From NCBI GenBank assembly GCA_037142615.1, contig JBAXAI010000045.1, positions 1 to 27,395 on the forward strand: DNA of 27,395 bases, written 5' to 3'. Below, in pieces: positions 1-7,717 of this stretch (position 1 is its first letter; each line of letters starts with the position of its first letter). A program made the translations under genes and the position numbers. The DNA is from Spirochaetales bacterium (GTDB lineage: Bacteria > Spirochaetota > Spirochaetia > JABEVK01). The notes below the pieces were generated by a model. It saw only the letters and a list, made by a program, of their open reading frames with translations, was not told where the DNA came from and made no database searches.

Positions 1-16
1 CTCCCCCCTGCCTCCA
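1..16 (+). tRNA. Possible 3' end of a tRNA gene (tRNA-Cys-like), cut by the window edge
   Basis: CTCCC-CCCTGCC-T-CCA parses as T-stem 3' strand (5 nt), acceptor 3' strand (7 nt), U73 discriminator and CCA. ...GCCTCCA is the typical tRNA-Cys terminus. Only 16 nt are visible. Confidence 0.3.
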
Positions 17-55
17 CTATACACCCAATTCAGTGGCAACTTCGGGGACATCACA

Positions 56-244
56 CTAGCAGCGTTCCGTGCGTTGCATCCAGATGGCAAGAACCTCGTT
101 TGCGCCGCAGACGTCGTCGAGCCCTACACGCGCAACGTCGCCGGGCTGGAAGTGACTTGGTGCCCGCTGAACCGTCTGGCGGAAATAGTTCAGCGGGACG
201 ATGACCTGCTAGGCACTGACGAGAGATGGAATGCAGATCTCTGA
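56..244 (+). pseudogene. Possible C-terminal fragment of an AAA+/DUF4143-type ATP-binding protein
   Basis: Frame 2 is open from position 2 to TGA 242-244 and is absent from the ORF track. From 56 it reads LAAFRALHPDGKNLVCAADVVEPYTRNVAGLEVTWCPL, which I recall resembling DUF4143-protein C-termini. The upstream codons do not continue the resemblance. Confidence 0.35.
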
Positions 245-294
245 CCCGGCAGATCGACAAATCATGGCCGCCGTTACCAGACTCCCCCGGGAAC

Positions 295-325
295 TTACCG
301 CGCGACCGTAATTGACGCGCGGTAA
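295..325. terminator. Perfect 10-bp hairpin between converging frames (terminator-like)
   Basis: TTACCGCGCG (295-304), 11-nt loop, CGCGCGGTAA (316-325), 22 nt past the stop of the 348..1181 gene. No clear U-tract on either strand. Confidence 0.4.
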
Positions 326-347
326 AGGGTATTCTCCTTCGTTGCTG

Positions 348-1181
348 CTACTTCTGTTTCGAAAGGGTGGCTTGGGGAACTTCCTTCGGGAACAACAGCT
401 TCAATTCGGAACCGAAACGAGCTCCCTCCATGACGATGTAGACCTTGCCAGCCTCGAAGGTGCTTTGGGCTGGGCTACCGAACTTGTCGACGTCGAAACG
501 GGGGGCACCGAATTCCTTCTCAAGGCCTGGCAACCCCGTCATAATGGCATGATTCCCTGCGGGGAACTTGTAGAGTGCGGCGTAAGGAACCACGTCAGCG
601 GGGAAGATCATTGAGACTTCCAGCGCGGGTTTCGAACTCCAGTCTTCGCCCAGTCGCATCGTTGGTTTGACGTTAGGCTTCATGGTTGGAGCGTACCTTG
701 GGTGCTGCATATCGATACCCCAGTAGACACCGAGGTCAAGTGCGTTCATCGATAAGAACCAGCCCAGAGCGCTGTCCCAGATGTCGCCCACCAGGAGAAC
801 CGCCTCACTCTTTTTGAGGGTCGGAACTTTGATCGGCGAAAGGATACTTTTTGAGTCCGCTTTGGTCGCTACGACAAAGTAATCCTTCGCCGCCTCGAAG
901 GTGCCAAGGCCGAAGCTCGTTTCACCAAGGTTTAACAACGCTGGCCCTTTCAGCGGCGGGGACACTTTAAAGATGACGACTCCCTGCGTGTGATTCGTAT
1001 CCGTGTCCGCAAAGGTCTGTACAAGATCACTTGGCAACGGGAAGATCTCCCCGGACTTGAGCTCGATCTGGCCCGTCAGCGGCCCCTCCCAAATGATTGT
1101 CTGCGTTCGAGTCTGCGCCAACAGGCCCGGTGCCGCCAGTGTCAGGATGCCCATCAGGGCAATGCCGATGTACTTGTTCAC
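348..1181 (-). CDS. Secreted hypothetical protein (277 aa, Sec signal peptide)
   Basis: Start revised from the 404-aa track ORF to GTG 1181, which has GGAGG upstream and a GTGA overlap with the stop of 1178..1525. N-terminus MNKYIGIALMGILTLAAPGLLA/QT is a typical signal peptide. No family recognised. Confidence 0.75.
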   Translation of the reverse strand: MNKYIGIALMGILTLAAPGLLAQTRTQTIIWEGPLTGQIELKSGEIFPLPSDLVQTFADTDTNHTQGVVIFKVSPPLKGPALLNLGETSFGLGTFEAAKDYFVVATKADSKSILSPIKVPTLKKSEAVLLVGDIWDSALGWFLSMNALDLGVYWGIDMQHPRYAPTMKPNVKPTMRLGEDWSSKPALEVSMIFPADVVPYAALYKFPAGNHAIMTGLPGLEKEFGAPRFDVDKFGSPAQSTFEAGKVYIVMEGARFGSELKLLFPKEVPQATLSKQK

Positions 1182-1525
1182 TCTATTTCCTCCGCATCTT
1201 TCTCTGAAGCCACCAAGAGCCTCCGTTCCACGAGGTAACGACGTACCTCGTTGCGCTTGAACAACTTTCGGCTCGCGTCGTCGCCGCCGGCCCGTTTGCG
1301 CAGTTCGATCTTGAGCGTCTGGGTGTTGCGCCCGGTAGCGCTCGCCAGTTCCGAAAGCACAACATCTTCGTAGTCGTAGAAGAACGACAAGTTCTCCATT
1401 GCCTTGTCCAGTTGCTCCCGTTTGACTTGGCGCCGCAGTTCTCCAAGTCGAAACAGCCCCGACAGCGCGATGCCACCTAACGTACATCCACCGGTCACCA
1501 GGGCAATCCAAAGTCCTTCCGTCAC
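1178..1525 (-). CDS. Small hypothetical protein with N-terminal transmembrane helix (115 aa)
   Basis: GGAGG RBS before GTG; hydrophobic WIALVTGGCTLGGIALSGLF followed by a charged helical region; stop overlaps the next start. Confidence 0.7.
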   Translation of the reverse strand: MTEGLWIALVTGGCTLGGIALSGLFRLGELRRQVKREQLDKAMENLSFFYDYEDVVLSELASATGRNTQTLKIELRKRAGGDDASRKLFKRNEVRRYLVERRLLVASEKDAEEIE

Positions 1526-1548
1526 TTGGTTCCTCCACGTTGCTTCCG

Positions 1549-1592
1549 ACGATACGACTCATTTCGTTGGACTTCTATAGGAACGTTTCCTA
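1549..1592 (-). promoter_or_regulatory. Putative activator-dependent promoter with palindromic operator TAGGAA-N3-TTCCTA
   Basis: Minus strand: -10 TATCGT (1554-1549), 17-bp spacer, poor -35 TAGAAG (1577-1572), with inverted repeat 1578-1592 directly abutting the -35. Confidence 0.4.
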
Positions 1593-1633
1593 GGATCTGT
1601 GCTCTTCGAACCCGGTCAATCCCGCTGTCAGGA

Positions 1634-1695
1634 TTGACTTCCCCCCTTCCCGCGTCGAAACTCGGGTAAGTCGGCCTTTCCCGTCGCTCAGGAGG
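1634..1695 (+). promoter_or_regulatory. Putative sigma70 promoter and RBS of the S-component/TCS operon
   Basis: TTGACT (1634-1639), 17 bp, GAAACT (1657-1662, weak -10); AGGAGG at 1690-1695. Confidence 0.35.
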
Positions 1696-1701
1696 CAACG
1701 C

Positions 1702-2286
1702 ATGCGAACAACCCTTTTGCAGGACAACGGCCGCTGGACGACACCGTGGGCCTACGCGTTTATCGTTCCCTTGGTGCTGCTCAACCAGGGTCTGGGGATG
1801 GTCAAGGATGCCCTGCAGTGGCCGGTCTACCTCGATACCATCGGGACTCTGCTGGCCGCCGCGTTCGGCGGGTTGGTACCGGGGCTGCTGGTCGGCCTGC
1901 TTTCCAACGGGCTGTACGAGGTATACGAGAACTTTCCTGGCTTTGAGTGGCCTTTCGGCCTGGTGAACATGACCAGCGCCCTGATCTGTTGGGCCATGGT
2001 GCGGTCGGGCCTCCTCAAGTCGTTCACCGGCTACCTGTGGTTGCTGGTGGCGCTTATTCTGGCAAACTCCCTGTTGGGGGCGTTTCTGGCCACGGTACTC
2101 TTTGGGGGAGTCATCGGTGGCCCAACCGATGTCATCGTTCAGTCCCTACGCATCACCGGCGAGTCGGTTCCGAGCGCGGCTTTCCTAGGGCACCTGTTCC
2201 TGAATCTGGTCGACAAGGGTGTGGCCGTCATAGTGCTTGTGGCGACCATGCGTCTGGTGGCCGAGAGGGTTCGCAAGCGCGCGTGA
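1702..2286 (+). CDS. ECF transporter S-component-like membrane protein (substrate unknown)
   Basis: 194 aa, about 6 hydrophobic segments, motifs PVYLDTIGT-LAAAFGG-PG-VG-SN, LFGG-GG-TD and NLVDK typical of an ECF S-component family; AGGAGG RBS. Confidence 0.8.
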   Translation: MRTTLLQDNGRWTTPWAYAFIVPLVLLNQGLGMVKDALQWPVYLDTIGTLLAAAFGGLVPGLLVGLLSNGLYEVYENFPGFEWPFGLVNMTSALICWAMVRSGLLKSFTGYLWLLVALILANSLLGAFLATVLFGGVIGGPTDVIVQSLRITGESVPSAAFLGHLFLNLVDKGVAVIVLVATMRLVAERVRKRA

Positions 2287-3389
2287 CGCCTCGTTCGACC
2301 TTCTCACCAGGTTGGGGCTTGGCCTCGGCGGCGCTCGTGTTGTTCGGCATCCTCGGAGCCACGCTTTGGTACGAGCTCAAGGCCAATCAGGTTGTCCAGC
2401 AGGTGCGTGAGCAGGTCGAGGGCATCAAGACGGCCTACCTGTTGGCGTTGGCCGAACCGCAGAACCTCTGGGCGCTGCGGGGCGCTTCAGCGCGGTTGGA
2501 GGCGCTCAAGCAAAGCGAGGCTGTCCGACTGCTCGCGACGACCTATTGGCGTGGCGGTACGTACGTCACGGGCGAGGTCAACCACCTGGAACTGCCCGAG
2601 GGTGTCGCTGCCCTCCCCGAGCTCGACGGGTTCCTTTCGAGTGTCTGGGCCAGGCAGTCGGCCAGCAACAGCGTTCTGGTTGGTCTCGTGGTGGTCGTGA
2701 TCCTCATGCTCACCCTGTCGGTGGCTTGGTCGGAGTGGCGAAACCACAAGGATCGCGAGCGCAGAAAGTTCGAACTCGCCCTCCACCAGCAGCTTCTTGA
2801 GACTGTGGAACGGGAGCGCTGGACCTTTGCCATGGATTTGCACGACTCCGTGGTGCAGAAACTCGGGTTCCTGCAGCAACGCAACCGTAGACTCGGGACG
2901 GAAGACGAGGATGGCACGGCCCTGTTGGCTGACGCCATCCGCGATGCCCGCCAGTTGAGCGACGCCCTGGCGCCGCTGGAGCAGCTCGACGCCCCGTTCG
3001 CCCAGCGGCTGACCGATTTGCTGGGCGACTTCCGCCGCTGGTCCGACATCCGGCTCGAGGTGGTTACCACCGGGATTACGGAGCTCAACACCCAACCTCT
3101 CGAGGATCACCTGGTGCGCATGGTGCAGGAACTGCTTGCCAACGCGCGCAAGCACTCCCAAGCGACTGTGATCTACCTAGCCGTGCAGAACCTACCACCC
3201 ACCGTTCGCCTGCAATACCACGACGACGGCGTCGGAATCGCCTCGTCGCAGGGTTCGACCCATCCACGGTTGCGAAGTCTGGAGTTCCGAACCAAACTAC
3301 TTCAGGGTAAGATGAGCTACCCTCCGCCCCGTGAGGGCGGCTTGAGTATTCTTATCGAGGTTCCCCTTGAGCAGACTGCTCATCGTTGA
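2283..3389 (+). CDS. Membrane sensor histidine kinase, HisKA_3 (NarX/UhpB-like), 368 aa
   Basis: GTG 2283 overlaps the upstream TGA (GTGA). Two TM helices flank a short extracytoplasmic region. H-box ERERWTFAMDLHDSVVQ, N-box QELLANARKHS, G1 DDGVG; G2 region degenerate (THPRLRSL). Confidence 0.88.
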   Translation: MTPRSTFSPGWGLASAALVLFGILGATLWYELKANQVVQQVREQVEGIKTAYLLALAEPQNLWALRGASARLEALKQSEAVRLLATTYWRGGTYVTGEVNHLELPEGVAALPELDGFLSSVWARQSASNSVLVGLVVVVILMLTLSVAWSEWRNHKDRERRKFELALHQQLLETVERERWTFAMDLHDSVVQKLGFLQQRNRRLGTEDEDGTALLADAIRDARQLSDALAPLEQLDAPFAQRLTDLLGDFRRWSDIRLEVVTTGITELNTQPLEDHLVRMVQELLANARKHSQATVIYLAVQNLPPTVRLQYHDDGVGIASSQGSTHPRLRSLEFRTKLLQGKMSYPPPREGGLSILIEVPLEQTAHR

Positions 3390-3966
3390 CGACCATCGAC
3401 TGATTTTCGAAGGACTGCGGGGGGCGTTGCCCGAGACGTGGCAACTGGATTGGGCCCGCACGCTCGGCGATGCCCGCCGAGTTTTGGCTGGGGATAAGGT
3501 ACAGCGCATCCTGCTCGACCTTTCGCTGGGTTCCGAGTCGGGTTTATCTGCTCTGAGCGAGTTCGCCTCGGCGGCGCCGACTTACGTCCTCACTATGCAC
3601 GATTCGCCTTCGCTGGCTCGTCAAGCCCGAGATCTGGGGGCCAAGGGCTACTTCCTCAAGGACGACAGCCTGGATGCATTGTTGCGGGTGTTGGAGGCAC
3701 CCCTGTCGTCCACTTTCTGGACTTCGCCTGGTCTCACTCCACTCGACGAATCGGTCGCGACCGGCTATTCGGCACTCACCAGCCGAGAACAGCAGGTTTT
3801 TGTCCTCTTGGCCGAAGACCTGGGGTACAAGGATGTGGCGTCGCGTCTGGGCATCAGCGCCAAGACCGTAAACGTCCACCGCGACAACCTCATGAAGAAA
3901 CTCGGCCTGCACAGTTTCGGCGAGCTGATCGACCTCGCCCGTCATTTGGGCCTCATCGTGCGCTGA
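3367..3966 (+). CDS. NarL/FixJ-family response regulator (REC + LuxR HTH)
   Basis: IVDDH, phosphoacceptor LLDL, LTMHD, GYFLK, and LuxR HTH LTSREQQV...GISAKTVNVHRDNLMKKLG. TTG start overlaps the kinase end. Confidence 0.93.
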   Translation: MSRLLIVDDHRLIFEGLRGALPETWQLDWARTLGDARRVLAGDKVQRILLDLSLGSESGLSALSEFASAAPTYVLTMHDSPSLARQARDLGAKGYFLKDDSLDALLRVLEAPLSSTFWTSPGLTPLDESVATGYSALTSREQQVFVLLAEDLGYKDVASRLGISAKTVNVHRDNLMKKLGLHSFGELIDLARHLGLIVR

Positions 3967-4067
3967 CACGTAAGGTCACACACGAGGATGCGTGTCGCCG
4001 GGTACAGCTGAGTTCACAAGCCGAAAAGCGTCTAGTTCAATCAAGAGGAAGTAAGTAACAACTCGAG

Positions 4068-4093
4068 TGGAGAATCCGGCAATAGATTCTCCA
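4068..4093. repeat. Perfect 9-bp inverted repeat (operator or hairpin)
   Basis: TGGAGAATC-cggcaata-GATTCTCCA, about 20 bp upstream of a TTGACT-N17-AATTCT promoter-like sequence (4113-4141). Confidence 0.5.
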
Positions 4094-4150
4094 GGCGTCC
4101 ATTCGCCGCACTTTGACTTCTCCAGCGCCCAATGGAATTCTTGGTACGCG

Positions 4151-4273
4151 ATGAGGCTCGATCGGATCACGACGAATCCCGAAGTAATGGACGGCAAACC
4201 CTGCATCCGTGGCAGGCGGGTTACGGTCAGCGCCGTAGTCGACAGGGTAGCTTGTGGCCATTCGTGTCCAGAG
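4151..4273 (+). pseudogene. Truncated DUF433-family antitoxin remnant
   Basis: MRLDRITTNPEVMDGKPCIRGRRVTVSAVVDRVACGHS matches the DUF433 N-terminal pattern (RI..P.v.gGKPcIRG.RV.V). The expected C-terminal half (EIL..YP.L..EDI..AL) is missing, and no PIN-type toxin follows. Confidence 0.75.
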
Positions 4274-4310
4274 GGTAGTGCACCCCGGCGATTTCTGCCA
4301 ACCTGTTGTC

Positions 4311-5459
4311 ATGAGCTCCCTCAATCGCCCGCGCGTGGAGTCGGTCGACCTGCTTCGCGGGCTGGTGATGATCCTGATGCTACTCGACCATACCCGCAGC
4401 GGCTGGAACGAAGGGACCGGCCTCGACCCACTCGACTTGGTGAATGGGTCTCCGGCGCTGTTCCTCACGCGGTGGGTGACGCACTTCTGCGCGCCGGTGT
4501 TTGTGCTGCTGACGGGGCTTTCGGCCTCGCTGGCCCGCAGCGGATCGCTCAAGTTGCTACGGCGTGGGGCCACCCTCATCGCGCTCGAACTGCTGGTCGT
4601 CTCCATCCTGTGGGGTCGCGTGTTCTTTTTGGGCAGCGTGCTGTTCCAGGTGATCTGGGCCATCGGCTTTGGTCTGGTGGTGCTGGCGGGTCTCAAGCGA
4701 CTGGGACACCTCGGCGCCGCGTTGGTCGGGATCGCGATCATCGCGGGCCACAACGCTTTGCCGAACCTGACGTTTGACAACTCCGTTTTTCAGTTGCTCT
4801 GGGCCCTGATGCACCAACACCAAAGTGTTGTCATAGCTGGCTTTACGTTCGAAGTGCTGTATCCGGCTCTGCCTTGGGCGGGGGTGCTGGCGCTGGGGTA
4901 CGGGCTGGGCGGGCTGTACCTCGGAGTCCCTGGGGGAGACAACGGGGACACACCCGGAGCTCAGGCCCGGCGGCGGACCGTCTTGGCGGTGGGTGGTGCC
5001 GTCGCGGTGCTGGCCTTCTTCGTGCTGCGCCACCTCAATGGCTATGGTGACCCCAGGCCGTGGCGGGGTCGGTCTTCCGGGGGACAGGCCTCGACTCTTC
5101 TGACGTTCCTCGACCTGCTCAAGGTAGAAAAGTACCCGCCGTCGCTCGACTACCTGCTGATGACCCTGGGGCCCGCGCTGCTGTCGCTGGCGGCCTTCGA
5201 CGGGCTGAAGCCAAGCCGGAACAACCTGTTGACCGTTTTAGGCCGCAACGCGCTGTTCTACTACTTCGTGCACCTGCTGGTGCTGGCGGTGGTGCTGGTC
5301 GCCGCCGATGGCGTGCTCGTCGTCGTGGGTGTCGAGCACGAGTTCGGGGCCCTGCCGTTCCGGTTCGATCTGGGCTACACCTATTTGGTGTGGGCCCTGC
5401 TCCTTCCGGTGCTTTACGGCCTGTGCCGCGCCTGGGAGAACCGAAAACGCAAGACGTGA
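4311..5459 (+). CDS. DUF1624 / HGSNAT-like acyltransferase-family membrane protein (382 aa)
   Basis: RVESVDLLRGLVMILMLLDH, TRWVTHFCAPVFVLLTG, QVIWAIG, YPALPW and KYPPSL motifs; multi-TM. Start taken as ATG 4311. Confidence 0.87.
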   Translation: MSSLNRPRVESVDLLRGLVMILMLLDHTRSGWNEGTGLDPLDLVNGSPALFLTRWVTHFCAPVFVLLTGLSASLARSGSLKLLRRGATLIALELLVVSILWGRVFFLGSVLFQVIWAIGFGLVVLAGLKRLGHLGAALVGIAIIAGHNALPNLTFDNSVFQLLWALMHQHQSVVIAGFTFEVLYPALPWAGVLALGYGLGGLYLGVPGGDNGDTPGAQARRRTVLAVGGAVAVLAFFVLRHLNGYGDPRPWRGRSSGGQASTLLTFLDLLKVEKYPPSLDYLLMTLGPALLSLAAFDGLKPSRNNLLTVLGRNALFYYFVHLLVLAVVLVAADGVLVVVGVEHEFGALPFRFDLGYTYLVWALLLPVLYGLCRAWENRKRKT

Positions 5460-5486
5460 CGTGGACCCTTTGGCGGTTCGAGGGCG

Positions 5487-5501
5487 TGCTACACTCCCTC
5501 C
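5487..5501 (+). promoter_or_regulatory. Extended -10 promoter for a leaderless SDR transcript
   Basis: TG-C-TACACT (hexamer 5490-5495), 6 nt before ATG 5502; no SD sequence. Confidence 0.55.
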
Positions 5502-6314
5502 ATGCCACTTGAGCTCGCACAGAAATGGATTTGGATCACCGGGGCCTCGTCGGGCATCGGCAGGCAGTTGGCCCTCGAAGCCGCCTCGAAGGGGGCGCGG
5601 GTGCTGCTGTCGGGTCGCCACCGCGAAACGCTCGAGCGGGTCGAGGTCGACTGTCAGGTCCGCTCCACACAGAACGGCCACGCCGGAGGGCACGCGCTTC
5701 TGGTGTTCGATCTTCTCGACCGCCCGGCCCGGATTCACGCGGTGAGTCAGGCTCTGGCTGTCGCCGGCACGTTCGCTCTGGTCATCCTCAATGCCGGAAT
5801 ATCGCAGCGATCGAGCTTTGCCGACCTTTCGCCGTTGGCCTTTGACCAGATCCTCGACCTCGATTTTATGGCACCGGTCGACTTGACGCGGGCCTTGCTC
5901 CCTTCGATGCAGCCCGGCTCGGGGTTTGTGTTGGTGTCGAGCGTTTCGGGGCTTTTGGGAACACCGGGACGGTCGGCCTATTCAGCGGCCAAGCACGCGC
6001 TCACGGGTTTCGGCGCGGTGCTGCGAAGTGAGCTTTATTCCAGGCAAATCTCGGTGACGACAGCGTTTCCGGGCTACGTTCGCACCGGCATCGACAGGGC
6101 CGCCCTTGGTGCCGACGGGGCACAGCAGGGACATACCGACGCGAGGACGCAAAAGGGTGCCGACCCCGCTGTCGTTGCCCAGAAACTTCTGCGCGACGCA
6201 CAAGGTGGCAAGGCCCATTCGTACCTCGCGTTCAAGCTGGAGTCGCACTACGGCCTCTGGGCCGCACGCCTTCTACCCGGTCTGTACGCGCGCGTCAGTT
6301 CGAAGCGGAGGTAG
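5502..6314 (+). CDS. Short-chain dehydrogenase/reductase (DHRS7-like)
   Basis: TGASSGIG, LNAG, VSS, catalytic YSAAK, PGYVRT. Confidence 0.93.
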   Translation: MPLELAQKWIWITGASSGIGRQLALEAASKGARVLLSGRHRETLERVEVDCQVRSTQNGHAGGHALLVFDLLDRPARIHAVSQALAVAGTFALVILNAGISQRSSFADLSPLAFDQILDLDFMAPVDLTRALLPSMQPGSGFVLVSSVSGLLGTPGRSAYSAAKHALTGFGAVLRSELYSRQISVTTAFPGYVRTGIDRAALGADGAQQGHTDARTQKGADPAVVAQKLLRDAQGGKAHSYLAFKLESHYGLWAARLLPGLYARVSSKRR

Positions 6315-7671
6315 CGGGCCAGTCCCGTGACGCCCAAGCCTCCAGCTCGTCCTGGCGAGTGCTGACAATCTGGGCACAGGCGTGAAACACGGCCTTGGGA
6401 GCGGTCGTCGGCCAGAGCTCGAGGTAAGCCTGAGGCCACAGCGTACCAGCGAAAAACTCGTTCATCCGGGGCAACAACTTTTCCCTGGCCTCTGGCTCCA
6501 GACTGACGTACAAGAACTCGGCCAAAGGCGAGTTCTTCAGGTCGAAGTTCGACTCCTCGACACGGCCCACTGCCAAAAGGTGAAAAACCGGGTGCGTCAC
6601 GTCGAGCCAGGCCGGGCGCCCCGCAGGTGGTAGAAACTTCTCGATGGTCGCGAACTCTTCGTCGCCGTGCGCGATGTCGCCCATAAACAGCGAAAGTGGG
6701 GCATCGCCTCCGGTCACCAGGGCCAAGGCCTCGAGCAACGACACCGCCAGCAGCTTGGCCTCCAGATAGCCCATCGCGATCGCGAGGTTGTTGCGGGCCC
6801 GGGCGGTCATCCCATCGAGGTCGAGCTTGAGCCCTGGCGCCCAATGAAAGATGTTTTCGGGCTTCAGGTAGCGGAAGAACCCCAGCATTTTGGTGAGCGC
6901 GACGCGGTACTCCTTGACCGTGAACGTGCCGGGAAACCGGAGCGCAGGGTTGGTCTCGGGCATGAGCTTCCAAGTGTTGTTGAGGAAGACCCCGGGCTCG
7001 GGCAACTGAAAATCGTTCACATCGCGGTTGGCAAACCCGATAGCCCGGGCCACGAAGGCGTGGATCTCGGCACTCGTCAGGCCGCTGCCCAGCCCCTGCA
7101 AGGTGGCCAGGCGCAGGGAAAGTTCCTCGTGCACCTGTCGGCCCGAAGAATTGACACCCCTAAACGGGATCGAGGCCTCGATACAAACCGCGACCGCGAC
7201 CAGATCGCGAGTTGGCAAGGTGTCGCCCATCATCCTCAGGAACAGAAGAGCGCTGAGGAACTCGTTGAGCCCCCCGAGGATGTGCAGCGCTTGCCCCTCG
7301 GCAAACCCGAAAATTTGAAGGCAGAGACCGAAAAGCTGGTCGCTAGGATGATCGGTGCGCAGGAAAACCTGCCCCTCTTTCAACAGGATGTACTCGTAGC
7401 ACAGATCGTGGAGGACCGGCGGAATGCCATCATCCACCTGAAAATACACCAGGTCATGGAACACCGCCGCAAGCGCCGTGTGGGCATCGGTGTCGCTGTC
7501 GAGAAAACCAAACACGTGCCGGATGGTGTGAAACTGACGCGTCTGGTAGTTCATGATGCGGTGGATGATGACGCAGGTCGGCTCCAGCGCGGGCAACGGC
7601 AGGGGGTGTCCCAGTTCGGTCAAAGCTTTTCGGACCACCCGGATGAGGCGGTGAAGGGTTCCAGATTCCAT
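6295..7671 (-). CDS. Conserved hypothetical protein with N-terminal HD-superfamily-like metal-binding motifs
   Basis: RQFHTIRH...LAAVFHDLVY resembles COG4339-type HD phosphohydrolases. Start is ATG 7689 or, preferred, ATG 7671 (TACAAT 5 nt upstream). Overlaps the SDR 3' end by 20 bp. Confidence 0.7.
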   Translation of the reverse strand: MESGTLHRLIRVVRKALTELGHPLPLPALEPTCVIIHRIMNYQTRQFHTIRHVFGFLDSDTDAHTALAAVFHDLVYFQVDDGIPPVLHDLCYEYILLKEGQVFLRTDHPSDQLFGLCLQIFGFAEGQALHILGGLNEFLSALLFLRMMGDTLPTRDLVAVAVCIEASIPFRGVNSSGRQVHEELSLRLATLQGLGSGLTSAEIHAFVARAIGFANRDVNDFQLPEPGVFLNNTWKLMPETNPALRFPGTFTVKEYRVALTKMLGFFRYLKPENIFHWAPGLKLDLDGMTARARNNLAIAMGYLEAKLLAVSLLEALALVTGGDAPLSLFMGDIAHGDEEFATIEKFLPPAGRPAWLDVTHPVFHLLAVGRVEESNFDLKNSPLAEFLYVSLEPEAREKLLPRMNEFFAGTLWPQAYLELWPTTAPKAVFHACAQIVSTRQDELEAWASRDWPATSASN

Positions 7672-7717
7672 GAGAGATTGTAGGTCCATCTCCCCGATTT
7701 GTGCTAGATTCGCCCGT

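Noticed and set aside
1182-1562. N-terminal extension making 348..1562 a 404-aa protein or dual-coded region
   Set aside because: Arg-rich alternative frame of the 115-aa gene. The RBS, signal peptide and GTGA overlap all favour start 1181.
1947-2282. Upstream extension of the HisKA_3 kinase, or a frameshifted S-component-kinase fusion
   Set aside because: The extension looks non-coding, and the S-component has a complete C-terminus with a clean GTGA overlap. Read data would be needed to exclude a sequencing frameshift entirely.
4067-4777. 236-aa ORF as an intact DUF433 gene
   Set aside because: Only about 41 codons resemble DUF433; the rest is an off-frame read through the DUF1624 gene.
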